A DNA stretch of 64,000 nt from Squalus acanthias (taxonomy: Eukaryota). The translations under genes and the position numbers were made by a program. Positions 63,606-64,000 of the stretch are shown in pieces; the first letter of the stretch is position 1, and the number at the start of each line of letters is the position of its first letter. The stretch lies in contig CM059425.1 of the NCBI GenBank assembly GCA_030390025.1, positions 177,136,001 through 177,200,000 of the forward strand, read 5' to 3'. Under the pieces are notes generated by a model. The model did not search any database. It was not told where the DNA came from and saw nothing but the letters and a program-made list of their open reading frames with translations.

Positions 63606-64000
63606 CCTATTTGAGATGCTGGAAATCTGAGCTGCTCTTCTGTTCGTCTTTCCAATGCCTTTGTCCCTTCTTCAGCTCCTCCAGTTGAAGAGACTCTTGA
63701 AAAGTGAGGCAAAATCACACATGATCCACCCAGTGCAGCTACCTGACAGTCAACTCAGTGAGCTCAACACTTTCCTACTTACCTGCTGCTCCCCCAGTTT
63801 GCTGCTGCAATCTGCAGCCAGACTTGGCTTTTAAAAGACTGCACTATAATCTCCAAGCACCCCCAGCACAATATCTCCCATTTTATACAGGGTTTGTATC
63901 AGAGAACTGCCAAAGGATGCTTAAATGAGCTGAACTCTGCAACTTATTGTTGATTTAACTCTACAGAACATTGGCAAATCTAGTGAAATTCACCGTGCGG

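Overview
Vertebrate genomic DNA, most likely a cartilaginous fish (inferred from abundant CR1 LINEs, DeuSINE-like SINEs, Penelope ends and Harbinger elements). Host genes: the first three coding exons of CCDC112 on the minus strand (5272-5243, 5130-5000, 852-731; the gene runs off the left edge). Head-to-head with it, across a ~510 bp CpG-rich spacer, is an intact two-exon plus-strand gene (5782-6187 + 16786-17471, 363 aa) for a Myb/SANT-like plus coiled-coil protein that looks like a domesticated PIF/Harbinger DNA-binding gene. The rest is a dense, nested transposon landscape. It includes many CR1 fragments, at least eleven TIR-bounded Harbinger-type elements with 3-bp TSDs and a visible target preference, one hAT MITE, and Penelope-derived palindromes (one a perfect 88-bp inverted repeat with hammerhead cores on both strands). 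A ~10.2 kb tandem array of a 20/23-bp unit has higher-order structure. All homology calls are from recognition, not database searches, and boundaries of degenerate repeats are approximate.
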